Part shown: one piece after another, positions 1-12,381 of the stretch | How the letters are laid out: every line of letters starts with the position of its first letter | Position numbering within the stretch: the stretch's first letter is position 1 | NCBI RefSeq assembly: GCF_006345805.1 | Contig: NC_043008.1 | Span: 54,932,001 to 54,996,000, forward strand | Source: Octopus sinensis | Lineage: Eukaryota | Direction of reading: 5' to 3' | DNA: 64,000 nucleotides | Made by a program: the position numbers and the translations under genes | The notes under the pieces: model-generated | What the model was told of the DNA's origin: nothing | Seen by the model: only the letters and a program-made list of their open reading frames with translations | The model's database searches: none

Positions 1-30
1 TGTTATACATACATACATGCATGTATGCAT

Positions 31-335
31 GCATATATGGGTACAGGACGTCACTGACTGCAAATAACATGAAATATGTAAACAACGGGGAAAATGGAAA
101 ACAGGACAAGTAAACACATAGAAATGACCCTTCATCAGTTGTCGGCTGTCTATCTACTCCTCATTTCGAGCATTCAATGACAATATGAGTCTTATTATAA
201 ATTCTATAATAAAATGTAGGATTTATGGAGAGTCGAAGTCGGGAATACCAAAATGACAGTTGAGGCATACAAGGACACCGAATGAAAACTAAAATGGAGG
301 GTCGATAGACCAGAACGGTAGGAAAAGAGTGAACG
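31..335 (-). repeat. Dispersed repeat, probable PLE terminal sequence (CATATATGGGTACAGGACGTC family)
   Basis: Aligns by eye with the reverse complement of 44775-45105 (shared GACCCTTCATCAGTTGTCG block) and with 15183-15300 and 37883-38055. It carries split CTGATGA and GAAAC-like motifs. Confidence 0.6.
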
Positions 336-831
336 CTCGTATGTATGCGTTTCGTGCCCAAGCATGGCAGCAGTCTGATGACAGAGACAAATAGAAGATA
401 AAAGACCGATGATGTACGTTTGCATAACACTTCGTAGAGATGCAGGCGTGTACGTACGTGTGTCTGTGTATTGACTTACGCTGAGTTAATACTTAAAGTG
501 GCATTTCATGTTTTATACATAAAATATACTAATTACTTTCTTATGTTCTATGATTTAAGACGGAGTGCAAACTCGTCATGCATAAATTCTATGATAATAT
601 CACGTTTCAGATATTTTCCACGGAAATAATCTCCAGAAGATAATGTTGACTTCTATTAAATCAATCTGCCGCGTGTACTTTAATCGGTTGCTTGCAGATC
701 TAATGTATCCTCGTATTTGTTTGTTGATCGTCTTTAGCATAACAACCCTCAGTTCCAACACTTTTATAAGTTTAGGTGTGTGATTAAGAAGCTCGCTTTG
801 CAGCCAAGTACACACACACACACACACACAC

Positions 832-892
<61 letters not shown>

Positions 893-1278
893 ACATGAGG
901 GAATATATTCCAAACTTACTGGGAAAAATTCAATTTAGAAATACTGAATCAAATTTCACAAAAATATAATATATATATATATTATATATTATATATATAT
1001 AAATCAGAAATTATTATTTTGCACATTACTTTCATCGTTATATTTTTATCTTATATTTAATATTTCTATAGTATGTAATTTTTTAGATGGTCTAATTCAA
1101 TTTTTCATTTTGAATAGATAAAAGGTGTTTTTTTTTCTAATTTATATATATATATATATAATTATATATATATATATATATATAATATATATTATGTGTG
1201 TGGGTGTGTGTGTGTTGTGTGTGTGAAATGTAATATGTGACAATTATTCGGTAGCCATGATAGCATTTTTCCGATGCC

Positions 1279-1343
1279 GGATAACTGAAGAGATGGCGAC
1301 GTGGATTTCCACCCCGACATCCGAAACTCGGAGTTTTGTTATC
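1279..1343 (+). ncRNA. Minimal type I hammerhead ribozyme-like motif inside a 30-bp inverted repeat
   Basis: GAUAA-CUGAAGA-GAUG..GUGG/CCAC..CAUC-C-GAAA-CUC-G-GAG-UU-UUGUU. The flanking arms 1226-1255 and 1344-1373 are complementary with one G-U pair. Confidence 0.6.
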
Positions 1344-1531
1344 GCTACTGAATAATTGTCACATATTACATTTACAGATAATTCCTCTTTTTACGTAATC
1401 GAGGTCTCTTACATTCTTTTGTTGTCTTACCATTTCTATTAATATATATATATATATAATATATATATATATAATATATTATATATATAATATATAATAT
1501 ATATATATGTTGTGTATATATATATAATATA

Positions 1532-1574
<43 letters not shown>

Positions 1575-1608
1575 GTATATATATATATATGTGTATATAT
1601 ATATATAC

Positions 1609-1641
<33 letters not shown>

Positions 1642-1663
1642 ATATGTATATATGATAATATAT

Positions 1664-1712
<49 letters not shown>

Positions 1713-1983
1713 TATATTATATATTACGGAGATGTACCTGATAGCAAGTGATTTGATCTGAGATCGTGTGCTGAAACGAAAACAATTGCGGCGTGGAAGG
1801 TGTTGTAAGCCATTTAAGAAACACACAAAAAGCCGTTCGATTCACTTCAACATTAAGTTTAATTCGTCAAAATATTTTCGTCGCTTTAAGACCGCGACCT
1901 GTTCACTGACAAAAACCCGTGCTGATATACATGTATATATATGTATATATATATATATATAGTATATATATATATAATATATA

Positions 1984-2004
<21 letters not shown>

Positions 2005-2014
<10 letters not shown>

Positions 2015-2384
2015 AACGGCAGTTTGTCTGTGCGTGTTTCTGTGTGTCTGTTTGCTTGTACCCTCACCCTGACCATGGCTTTCAACCGATTCTGATGAAA
2101 CTTGACACACACATAGCCCAATGTCATAATTCAAAACTAACGCAGCGAAAAATTTTGAAAAGTTCCCCCAGTTCTGAAAAAAATCGATAAATTCGACATG
2201 GGGTCGAGAAGAGAAACACAAACACCAAAACTGTCTAGGGGACGTAACTCCACCTTTTTAACTCTCAAAAAAAAATTTCCATCATTTTTTTTCCATTTGT
2301 TTGCTATTTTTTGGCTATAACTCTCTAAAAATGCTTTATAGTTATTTCCCTTACAAACCTGAGCAACGCCGGGCGATACTGCTA

Positions 2385-2385
<1 letters not shown>
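2005..2385 (+). mobile_element. Non-autonomous Helitron
   Basis: 3' end has a CCTG..CCGGG hairpin then CTAG|T at 2382-2386. Near-identical to the reverse complement of 59222-59597. Confidence 0.8.
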
Positions 2386-2424
<39 letters not shown>

Positions 2425-2594
2425 TGCGTGTGTGTGTGTGTACATAAACTTTTTTCGAAAGACGCTCATTTCCACAGCTTGTATTCGTGATCGTGCTGTC
2501 GTTACCAAACATTCATATTTTTATTTCCCGCTTTTTACTTCCTGCTTCCATACAAGCATGTTTTACTTCAGTTCTGATACTAATCCATATATCG

Positions 2595-2793
2595 GCTTGC
2601 TTCAAATTTTGGCGCGAAGCCTGCAATTTCGGTGGAGAGCGGATGGAGGAGACAGGTACGTATTTTTACCGACCCCGAAAATATAAAAGCCAAAGTCGAC
2701 CTCGGTGGGAATTGAACTCAGAACGCAATGAAGGACGAAATGTCGCCAAGCATTTTGTCCCGCGTGCTAATGATTCTGCCAGCTTACTGCCTT
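2595..2793 (-). mobile_element. tRNA-derived SINE family B, degenerate
   Basis: Reverse-strand GAGTTCAATTCC B box, GTCGACTTTG..TTTCGGGGTCG core, and head AAGGCAGTAAGCTGGCAGAATC. Confidence 0.75.
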
Positions 2794-3212
2794 AATCATA
2801 CAATCTCGTATATTTTCTCTCCTTCTCCTTTTGTCCTGATGAAGTATCGCTATCAGAAAAGTCGATATTATCTTGTCTTCATTTACTTTCCGGTACGTAG
2901 TCTCTCATTGATTTTGTATTAATTCACCGTCTTTATGTTTTGATCGTTGCTTGGATTGTCCCCCTTCCCTCATTATCTCGCGCCTGACTTGGGATAAATT
3001 ATCTGATAACACACATAATTAATGATTTTTTAGCTCCAGATCAGTTCTAAATCAACAGATATCCATGTTAAAAGGCGTTAAAGCCGTAACTATCACGTCC
3101 TGTGTCTAATGCGTGCTACATTATCTAATATGTTGGACACTAAAATGTAATACTAACCACTGGACAGCAATTAACAGTAATCATGTATATATATATTATA
3201 TATATATATATA

Positions 3213-3718
<506 letters not shown>

Positions 3719-3769
3719 ATATATACCCGTGTACACACATACACCCACACGCACACATATATATATAAG

Positions 3770-3995
3770 GTGTTGCAGACCCGATCGCTGCATTGTGGGT
3801 TCAATTCTCCGACCACACGTGGGGTTGTGTTCTTGAGCATAACACTTCATCTCACGTACGTTGCTCTGTGATCACATCGACATCTGACGTGTGATACACC
3901 GTGCACCTTTATGTCGATTTGATGGAGGGAGGGAGCCGATGAACAGCACAAACATTTGATCATTATAACCGAATCATCTGTGCAGACTGTTTACC
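3770..3995 (+). mobile_element. Degenerate SINE related to family D
   Basis: GGGTTCAATTCTCC B box followed by TTGTGTTCTTGAGCA..ACACTT, as in 4228-4559 and 38088-38601. Confidence 0.5.
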
Positions 3996-4227
3996 ACGGA
4001 ATTGCAGAACCTTCTTTCTCAGACCGGAGGGTCTACCATACATGTATGTATGTATACTTATAGACACACACCCGAACACACACACACACACACATACACA
4101 CACACACACACATATGATTGCTGTTAATTGTTGAAATGAAACACGAGCACCGTGTGATTTTTAAGGAAAAATCTTTACTTTTAGAATTGATATCATGAAA
4201 AAAGTCTCTTCAAGATATCATGATAAA

Positions 4228-4559
4228 AAAAAAACCTTCGATCATGAATGACCATGGGATTGCACCTGGAAATTTCCCCTCCGAGGCACATGTTCGGGTA
4301 TGTTTGTTTGTGGATGACAGACAGTCGCCCATGTATACCAGCTTCCCTTCTCCATGCCACCAATGTTATCCAAGGGAAAGGCAAAGACCGATACAGCTTG
4401 GCACCAATGACGTCGCAAGTCATTTCTACAGCTGAGTGAACTGGAGCAACGTGAAATAAAGTGTCTTGCTCAAGAACATAATACCCAATTCGGTCCGGGA
4501 ATCGAACTCGCTACCTCATGATTGTGAGTCCAACGCTCTAACCATTGAGCCATGCGTCT
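4228..4559 (-). mobile_element. tRNA-derived SINE family D
   Basis: Head AGACGCATGGCTCAATGGTTAGAGCG..GAGTTCGATTCCCGG on the minus strand. The body matches 38088-38385. Confidence 0.85.
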
Positions 4560-5139
4560 TTATGAAAGACTAATTTAGCCATCAAGACTAATTTAATTTA
4601 TCTCAATTTAATTTTCCTTTTATTTCAGATTGTCTATACCATCTTTCAAAATAAAGCCTTAGTGGTCAGTAAGTTATAATATGTAATATATTTTGGTGAT
4701 AATTGGAATTCATTAGCCTTAGCTAAATGTTTAACCAGATTAAGAAGTCCTAACATATATTTCAATACTACTTCAGCTCTATTATTTTTTTAAGGCACAT
4801 ACGTCACTTCACCCATTAGTGGCTTCGAACAACAATGCACTGGTTACTATTATATCTTGATGGCCTCCTGTCCTACATTCTTCGCAATGTGCTAGCACTG
4901 AGGAGAATGTTCTGGTGTTGATTTTCTAGATCTTTCTAATACTATAGTTGATTAAGTAGGAATCGGTTAATGTGCATAATTTATGCATCATTGATTTACA
5001 TAACACTCGCACATCTGAAACGCGTGTAAGAAAATGATGGCCCATAAACTATAAATTTAAGATCAATAATTCTTCATTCTTGTTTTTGTCATTTACTATT
5101 CAATACCGTTGAGCTGAAATATGAACCAAATGAATGTAG

Positions 5140-6260
5140 TTATTCATAGATACATCCCTTTACAGCATAAAAGCGGTTCTGTTGTACATTGGGAACACCA
5201 TGCCTTTAGTTCCAATTGCTCACTCAGTCATTTTAAGAGAGACATGAGAACCTCGCTTTTATTCTAGGCTGCATAAGTTACAAGGAACATGAGCGGCTAA
5301 CTTGAGTGGACTTGAAAGTACTAGCCCTACAAACTGGGTACATCACGTTTAAGTGCTTCCTTTTTAAGTGGGGAAGTGGGGTCAGATCACAACATTATGT
5401 ACGCTCAAAATGGCCACCTCGGGAAACTATGACGCCTAGAGCCATAATGTAAATCCTGAGCCTCTAGTTAAGAATGAGAAAATCATTTTTCCACCACTGC
5501 ATATAATGAAGCAATTTACCAAAGCGCTGCAACATAACGAGCCATGTTTCCAGTACCTAAAGCCGATTTTCCCTAAAATAAGTGATGCCAAGATTGAAGA
5601 GGGCATATTCGTAGGCACTCAGATTCATCAACTTATAGCTGATGAGGATTTCGAGACGACAATCGATGAAAGTGAGCTAGCGGCATGACATGGATTCAAA
5701 GATGTCTGCAAATGACTTCTGGGAAAGCACCAAGTGATCCAACGAGCGAGTATAGTGGAGGGCCTAATCAAGTGCTACCAAGATCTCAGAGGCAATATGT
5801 CATTGAAGATACACTTTCTTCATTCTCATCTATCTTTCTTCCCAGAGAATGCAGATGGAGTGAAGAACATGGAGAGAGGTTCCATTAACATATAGTGTCA
5901 ATGGAAAACAGGTATAAGGAAAAAAACAGGTTTAAGGCGGCGAGCTGGCAAAAACGTTAGCACGCCGGGCGAAATGCTTAGCGGTATTTCGTCTGCCGTT
6001 ACGTTGTGAGTTCAAATAACGCCGAGGTCGACTTTGCCTTTCACCCTTTCGGGGTCGATAAAATAAGTACCAAGTTACGCACTGGGGTCGATGTAATCGA
6101 CTTAATACCTATGTCTGTCCTTGTTTGTCCCCTCTGTATTTAACCCCTTGTGGGTAATAAAGAAATAGGTATAAGGGAGAATGGAGCCCAGCTATGCTGG
6201 CTGACTTCTGTTGGAATTTTACAAGCTACCTTCGAATCTTTGATTCGACTACAGCACATT
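5140..6260 (+). pseudogene. Chapaev3-like (CMC) DNA transposase remnant, interrupted by a SINE
   Basis: Translated pieces SIKAVLLYIGN, PPLHIMKQFTKAL, KIEEGIFVGTQI, MSLKIHFLHSHLSFFPEN, SEEHGERFH and WSPAMLADFCW match the motif series I recall for this family. Stops and frameshifts are present. Confidence 0.75.
5934..6166 (+). mobile_element. SINE family B (Meta/MESC-like central domain), full length
   Basis: GGCGGCGAGCTGGC head, GAGTTCAAAT B box and GCCTTTCACCCTTTCGGGGTCGATAAA core. AGGTATAAGG flanks it at 5910-5919 and 6167-6176. Confidence 0.85.
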
Positions 6261-6364
6261 CACCATACGCTTCTTAAATAGGTTTAGACATTTCTGCTGC
6301 GTTTCCACCCATTTTAAATATAAAAAGTATTATAAGCCGCATATACAATATTTGGTTACCCTTT

Positions 6365-6733
6365 AACTCTTTTACTTTTTTTCAGTCATGTGACGGTGGC
6401 CATGCTGGAGCAAATAGACCCCAGGACTTATTCTTTGTAAGACTAGTACTTATTCTATCGATCTCTTTTACCGAACCGCTAAGTTACGGGGACATAAACA
6501 TACCAGTATCAGCTGCCAAGCGATGTTGGGGGGACAAACACACTCACACACACACATATCCACATATATACGACGGGCTTCTTTCAGTTTCCGTCTACCA
6601 AATCCACTCACAAGGCTTTGGTCAACCCGAGGCTATAGCAGAAGACACTTGCCCAAGTAGCCACGCAGTGGGACTGAACCCTGAACCATGTGGTTCGTAA
6701 GCAAGCTACTTACCACACGGCCACGCCTACGCC
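6365..6733 (-). mobile_element. SINE family A, full length
   Basis: Reverse complement of the 3334-3718 and 35455-35866 consensus, including the TCCAGCATGGCC..TGACTGAAA tail. Confidence 0.85.
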
Positions 6734-6764
6734 TATAATTTTGACTCAGATAATCTTTTCAACT

Positions 6765-7150
6765 CTAGGCACAAAGCACAAAATTTTGGGGGAAGGGGAA
6801 AGTCGATTAGATCGACCCCAGTAAGCAACTGGAACTTAATTCATCAACCCCAAAAGGATGAAAGGCAAAGTCGACCTCGGCGGAATTTGAACTTAGAACG
6901 CAGCGGCAGACGAAATACCTATTTCTTTACTGCCCACAAGGGGCTAAACATAGAGGGGACAAACAAGGACAGACACGGATTAAGTCGATTACATCGACCC
7001 CAGTGCGTAACTGGTACTTAATTTATCGATCCCGAAAGGATGAATGGTAAAGTCGACCTCGGTGGAATTTGAACTCAGAATGTAATGGCAGACGAAATAC
7101 GGCTACGCATTTCGCACCGCGCGCTAATGTTTGTGCCAGCTCGCCGCCTT
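6765..7150 (-). mobile_element. SINE family B, tandem dimer
   Basis: Two successive AAAGTCGACCTCGG..ATTTGAAC blocks followed by one head. Confidence 0.8.
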
Positions 7151-7389
7151 AATTTTGACCTTCATAATGGTTGACAAATGTAAGTGACCTACAGAATTAT
7201 GGAATGAGATCTAACGACATGTTTCCACACCGCAAGTGATACAAATATATCAGTCGTGCCAACATTACCGCTGTAATCGTTTAAAGACACAACCATCAAA
7301 TCGATCGAGACTCTCGGGATAACCAATATAGATTTTATTATATGAAAATTGCAATATATCTTACAAGGAAACATTTATATATGTTTCAA

Positions 7390-7595
7390 ATTTTGGCACA
7401 AGGCCACGAAATTTCGGAGAGGATGCTAGTTGATTACATCGACCTCAGGGTTCAACTGGTACTTAATTTATTAACCTCCGAAAGGATGAAAGGTAAAGTC
7501 GACCTCGGCGGAATTTGAACCCAGAACGTGCTGAGAGACGAAATGCCGCTAAGCATTTTGCTCGCGTGCTAGCGATTCTATCAGTTTGCCACCTT
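7390..7595 (-). mobile_element. SINE family B
   Basis: GAAAGGATGAAAGGTAAAGTCGACCTCGGCGGAATTTGAAC core. Confidence 0.8.
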
Positions 7596-7705
7596 CGGAA
7601 ACATATGCACACACACACACACACATACACACACAAACACACACACTCACACACACACATATATATATACATATATATACATATATATATATGTATATAT
7701 ATATG

Positions 7706-7742
<37 letters not shown>

Positions 7743-7913
7743 CCTAGAAAATATATGTAGTAAACGTATATTGAATGACATCTGTGTACGTATATTTACC
7801 GGAACAGTTTTTATATATATATACATGCATATATGGGTACAGGACGTCACCAACGAGTTAAATGCGTTAACAACGACGTTGGTGACGTCTCCTATACCAT
7901 ATATGTATATGTA

Positions 7914-7964
<51 letters not shown>

Positions 7965-7970
<6 letters not shown>

Positions 7971-9322
7971 AATTTTATCTAGTTTCAGCTCACGAGCTGT
8001 GGCCATGCTGGGGCACCACCATTTGGTGTTGCTACATAATTTTACTTCACGAATGCTTTTTAGTAATTGCCATTTGGTGCATGAGAGTGTTTGATGCAGC
8101 TGCCCTCATCTGCACCTCCTGTCGTGAAGTTGGTTCATCTGGGACACTTGACAGGAAGAGATCCAGTTTTATTTTAAAGACATCTGCATCCACCCCATGC
8201 AGGTCTCTCAGGTTCTTCGGGAGGATATTGAAGAGCTGTGGGCCTCGGAAGCCCAGGCTATCACTGTATCTTGTTCTACATCTTGATGGCAAATTTGGAG
8301 TCCTTGGCACTATGCAGTGGCACCCAGTTCTAGCATTTGTATAACTCTCGATGCCAAAGTTTGGGACAAGTCCTTCCAGGATCTTCCAGATGTATATTAT
8401 GGCATATCTTTCTCGCATACGCTCCAAGGAATAGAGTCTTAATCTCTTGAGTCTTTCCCAGTAGCTTATATGCTGCATAGAGGCTATCTTCGTGTAGCTT
8501 CGTTGGATCGCCTCAAGTTCTGTGATTAACTTGACACTGGATGGTGACTATATTTGAGAGCAATAGTCAAAGTGCCTTAGGATAAGTGTCCTCCAGAGGA
8601 CCATCATGGTTTCCTGGTCTCTTGTTCTAAAGGTTCTAAGAATCCATCCGGTCAGCCGCCTACATTTCATTGCCAATTTAGCAACATGCACATGAAAGGT
8701 TGCATCATCACTCATGTAAATACCCAGGTCTCGCACTGATTGTGCCTCTGGGATTGCAATTCCTCCAGGTCCAGTGTATTTATTGGGTATTGCATTTAGT
8801 TTCGCACGCTGATAGCATAAAGCTTTAAACTTTTCAGCATTGAACTGCATGCTATTCTTTTCAGCCCACTTGTATATTTTGTCTAGGGTTCTTCAGGGTT
8901 CTGTATTGCCTGTGAAACTTTTGTATCATCTGCATAACTTGTGATCGTGGCTCTCTGCGTGGCTGAGGGCATGTCTGAGAGGGCCATTATGAACAGTAGT
9001 GGTCCCAAAACAGTGCCTTGTGGAACACCGCTCACTATTTGAGTGTTATTGGAGGTGGCCCCATTGGCTACTACCACCTGACTTCTATCCTTCAGAAAGT
9101 CATGAAGCCATTCTCCCAATTTTCCAACTATGCCAGGATCACGCAGTCTGTGATATATCATTCCATGATCGACTTTATAAAGGCCTTTGCAAAGTCGAGA
9201 TATATGACTTCCACATTTGAGTGGTTGAGCAGTCGTTTCAGCACTCAGTCGTAGTGTTGTAGGAGCTGAGTTAAGCAGCTTCTTCATGGTCGGAAACCAT
9301 GTTGGGTGTCAGGCAGCAAGTC

Positions 9323-9325
<3 letters not shown>
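7965..9325 (-). mobile_element. 5'-truncated CR1-group LINE (RT C-terminal half and 3' UTR)
   Basis: ORF pieces DTQHGF, SGVPQGTVLGPLLF, SYADDTK, MQFNAEKF and LYSLERMRERY..VPDEP, with frameshifts. The 3' tail is shared with 26825-27156. Confidence 0.9.
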
Positions 9326-9344
<19 letters not shown>

Positions 9345-9353
<9 letters not shown>

Positions 9354-9663
9354 ACACCACCTTTCATCAATTCAAAGTGAACAATTAAATAACACCATCT
9401 AGAGAATTACATATAATAGAAATATTAACATTAAAATAACAATAAAATGTCAAAGATTAAGTAAATTGCAAAGAAAAATAACAATAACGTATATAATTTA
9501 TACAAATTATATTCGTTAGTATTGTTATTTGTTTTGTTTTTGCAATTTACTTAATCTTTGACATTTTAGTGTTATTTTAATGTTAATATTTCTATTATAT
9601 GTAATTCTCTAGATGGTGTTATTTAATTGTTCACTTTGAATTGATAAATTGGTGTTTTCTAAT
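9345..9663. repeat. AT-rich foldback palindrome with about 150-bp arms
   Basis: ATTAGAAAAACACC..ATATAATTT is mirrored by AAATTATAT..GGTGTTTTCTAAT. A degenerate single arm lies at about 1045-1141. Confidence 0.85.
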
Positions 9664-9664
9664 T

Positions 9665-9696
<32 letters not shown>

Positions 9697-10269
9697 ATGT
9701 ATGTATGTAGTATGTATGTATGTATGTATGTATGTATGTATGTATGGACATATCATCTAGACTTATCATAATGATTTATATTATGTCTATGGAATGCATG
9801 CTACATTCATTATAATGAATGTATTAATTATGTGAATAATAATGAATAATGTCAATAATTTTTGCCAAAATACACTTCTATTGATAAATGATCTTCGTTC
9901 AGAATATATCCAGGCAATATGTTACACGTGTTGTAAGTGTATATAAAATATAAGAAATATATGTTCTTTCATTTTTTATCATTTATCATTTTATTATTTA
10001 TTTGCTTCAGTCATTAGATTTCGAACAATATGGAGCACTAACTTCAAGCATTATTCAATGGCTAATTCATTGGGTTTTCTTAGTAAATTTCTCGTCAGTG
10101 TTGATTTTTGGCGTATGCCTTTTGTTTCTACACTTTTTACCCCCATAGACACTCTTATACTCATACATTTTGCTCTTATACTTTTTTGGCTCCATAGTCA
10201 CTCTTCTAAACTTTGGGGAATCCATAATACTAAATGGCAAGTTTGTGCGTTTGTGAATTTGTTACTTTA

Positions 10270-11003
10270 ACTACTCCGAAACTATCCAACAGACCTTGAT
10301 GAAACTTGACACGTGTGGGGAGCTTATGCACATTCGGTCACTTACGCACTTGGAATTTTTAAAAAATCGATTTTTAATCAGCATCGATTTTTCAAAAATC
10401 GTAAAATTTGGACATTTTTCGCACTATCCATCGTGACATCAATTTGACGAAAAATACCGAAATTTGACGAAAAATATTTCATGGGTGTAAACAGACAGCT
10501 TATTAACGGTAATCTATTTAGTATTTGCTAATTCTTCATTTCAATGCGAATTGTTTTGATTCGCTAAAACTTATTATTTCAATTCGTTGTTTTAATTACA
10601 CAGCGTTTCAGATTTTGATTATGTAAGAGCATTTTATTTCTCAAGCAAAATTTAGGCATTTTGCGCACTAGCCGTCATGACATCAATTAGACGAAATCTT
10701 CCCCAAAGCGTAAAATTTCGCCTTTTTACGCATATGCACAAAAATGACGACGACACCGGTTCGCTACAAGACTCTGTTCATCTTTTCGTCAAATTGCTCT
10801 TCCCCATGAATGTAGATTTTAAATTTTTGAAAAATGTCGAAATTTGACGAAAAACGTTTCATGGCTATAAGCAGACATCTTAACGGTAATTTATAACCTG
10901 GTACCTCAGCTAGTTCTATATAAAATTGTAAAGTTATCACATGTGATTTTTCTATCATATTTTGTTGAATGCGCTATATCATAGTGCTTTGCAAGAACAC
11001 CTT
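10270..11003 (+). mobile_element. Probable non-autonomous Helitron/Helentron-like element
   Basis: TACTCCGAAACT..TTGATGAAACTTGAC start, internal AATTTGACGAAAAA subrepeats and a terminal GTGCTTTGCAAGAACAC hairpin-like motif. Confidence 0.45.
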
Positions 11004-11004
11004 A

Positions 11005-11215
11005 TGGTAAATGCATGGTTAAACGCTGTGTGAGTGTTATACTTGTATGGCCAATATAGCAGTTAAATACATGGAGTTTACATCTTCCATGTTTGCATCG
11101 CAATTTAGATATTACACTAATATTTTGAGGTTCATTTCGTAGTTGTTGCTGTGTTTGTATAAATGAAAAGTTTTTCAATCTAGTGTTTTGTAATAATACC
11201 AACAATGAGTTTGTG
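11005..11215 (-). pseudogene. GIY-YIG endonuclease fragment (PLE-type)
   Basis: ORF 11002-11205 ends in CYIGHTSITLTQRLTMHL, the YIG-T..L..R..H motif. Confidence 0.6.
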
Positions 11216-11361
11216 GTTAGGTGCGCTACAGTCTCTGTTTTGTTTTATGGATTGTCTTTAGTCGCAAGCATGGCTGTATGATTAAGAAGCACGGTTGACA
11301 GCTACGTGATCTCGTTTCAGCCGACTGTGCGTGTTGACGAAAACTGTATGGAAATTCTTCG

Positions 11362-11393
<32 letters not shown>

Positions 11394-11424
11394 GTGTGTG
11401 TGTGTGTGTGTGCACACTCACACA

Positions 11425-11685
11425 TTATTTACATTATTTACAATTGACGGATATTTGTCCTCTTCTTGTTTGTTGTTAACACAACGGTTCGGCTGATATA
11501 CCCTCCAGCCTTCATCAGGTCTCTTGGGGAAATTTCGAACCTGGGTTCTCATTCCTAATGTATTGTTCGATGTTGTTGCTATTATTATTATTATTTTTCA
11601 TGTCACTACCTCGAATCGAACTCAGAATCTTGGGGTTAGTAGCTGGCGCTCTTAACCACTACGCCATATACCCGTATGGATTCTG
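11425..11685 (-). mobile_element. Inverted PLE pseudo-LTR: tRNA-like head, (AAT)n and HHR-like motif (11478-11525)
   Basis: Minus strand TGGCGTAGTGG A box and GAGTTCGATTC B box, then CUGAUGA-A-GGCUG/CAGCC-GAAC-CGUU-GUGUU. It mirrors 12382-12460 plus 13160-13325. Confidence 0.7.
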
Positions 11686-12380
11686 GACATCCATATACCA
11701 CAAGCCGATACCTCAACTTCAACTCCCACCATCCATACAGTGTAAAGAGAGTGATTGCTCAGTGCCTAAAACATCGAGCACTGAATATAAGTAGCGATCG
11801 TGATACCCACCACGAAAGAAAATCAAGCGCAGTAACAATCTATTAAGCAACAACTGCCCCAAAAGCATACTCTCCACTCCAATTAAGAAGAAAAGGGGAG
11901 ATGAATCCGATAAACGGTCCACAGTCTGTTTACCCTATGTGAAAGGCCCCTCCTAAAAGATACAAAAGATATGCGGCCCATATGACATCAGGGCAGTATT
12001 CAAAAGTAATACAACACTTTGCAAATATCTCCTCCGAGTAAAACCACCAACAGAAGAGAATATGGCTAAGAACTGCGTGTACTAGATCCCATGTAGCTGT
12101 GGTAGGTTATACAAAGGCGAAACATACCGCCCCCTCTAAATAAGTGTAGAGGATCATGTATGGGAAGATGAAAACCACCTCCCCCGGTAGGATGAAGTTA
12201 AAATAATAGACAGAGAACACCACAGGGAAATACGAAAACCAAAAGAAGCAGCACATATGCTAGGACACAACAATCTCCTAAGCAGACCGAGTGCAGATAT
12301 GATCAGCATATTGGAACCGGTATTACGGAAGGATCGGAGAATATAAGATTTATATGCCCTAAAATTCACTCTATAATTGC
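11686..12380 (+). pseudogene. Penelope (Poseidon-like) RT-thumb and GIY-YIG endonuclease remnant
   Basis: Translated LNFNSHHPYSVKRVIAQCLKHRAL, VCLPYVKG, NCVY*IPCSCGRLYKGETYRPL and DEVKIIDREHH..KEAAHML. Confidence 0.85.
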
Positions 12381-12381
12381 C

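Noticed and set aside
10060-10260. hAT-like peptide LPFSIMDSPKFRRV on the minus strand
   Set aside because: It is a single short motif with no supporting domains or TIRs.
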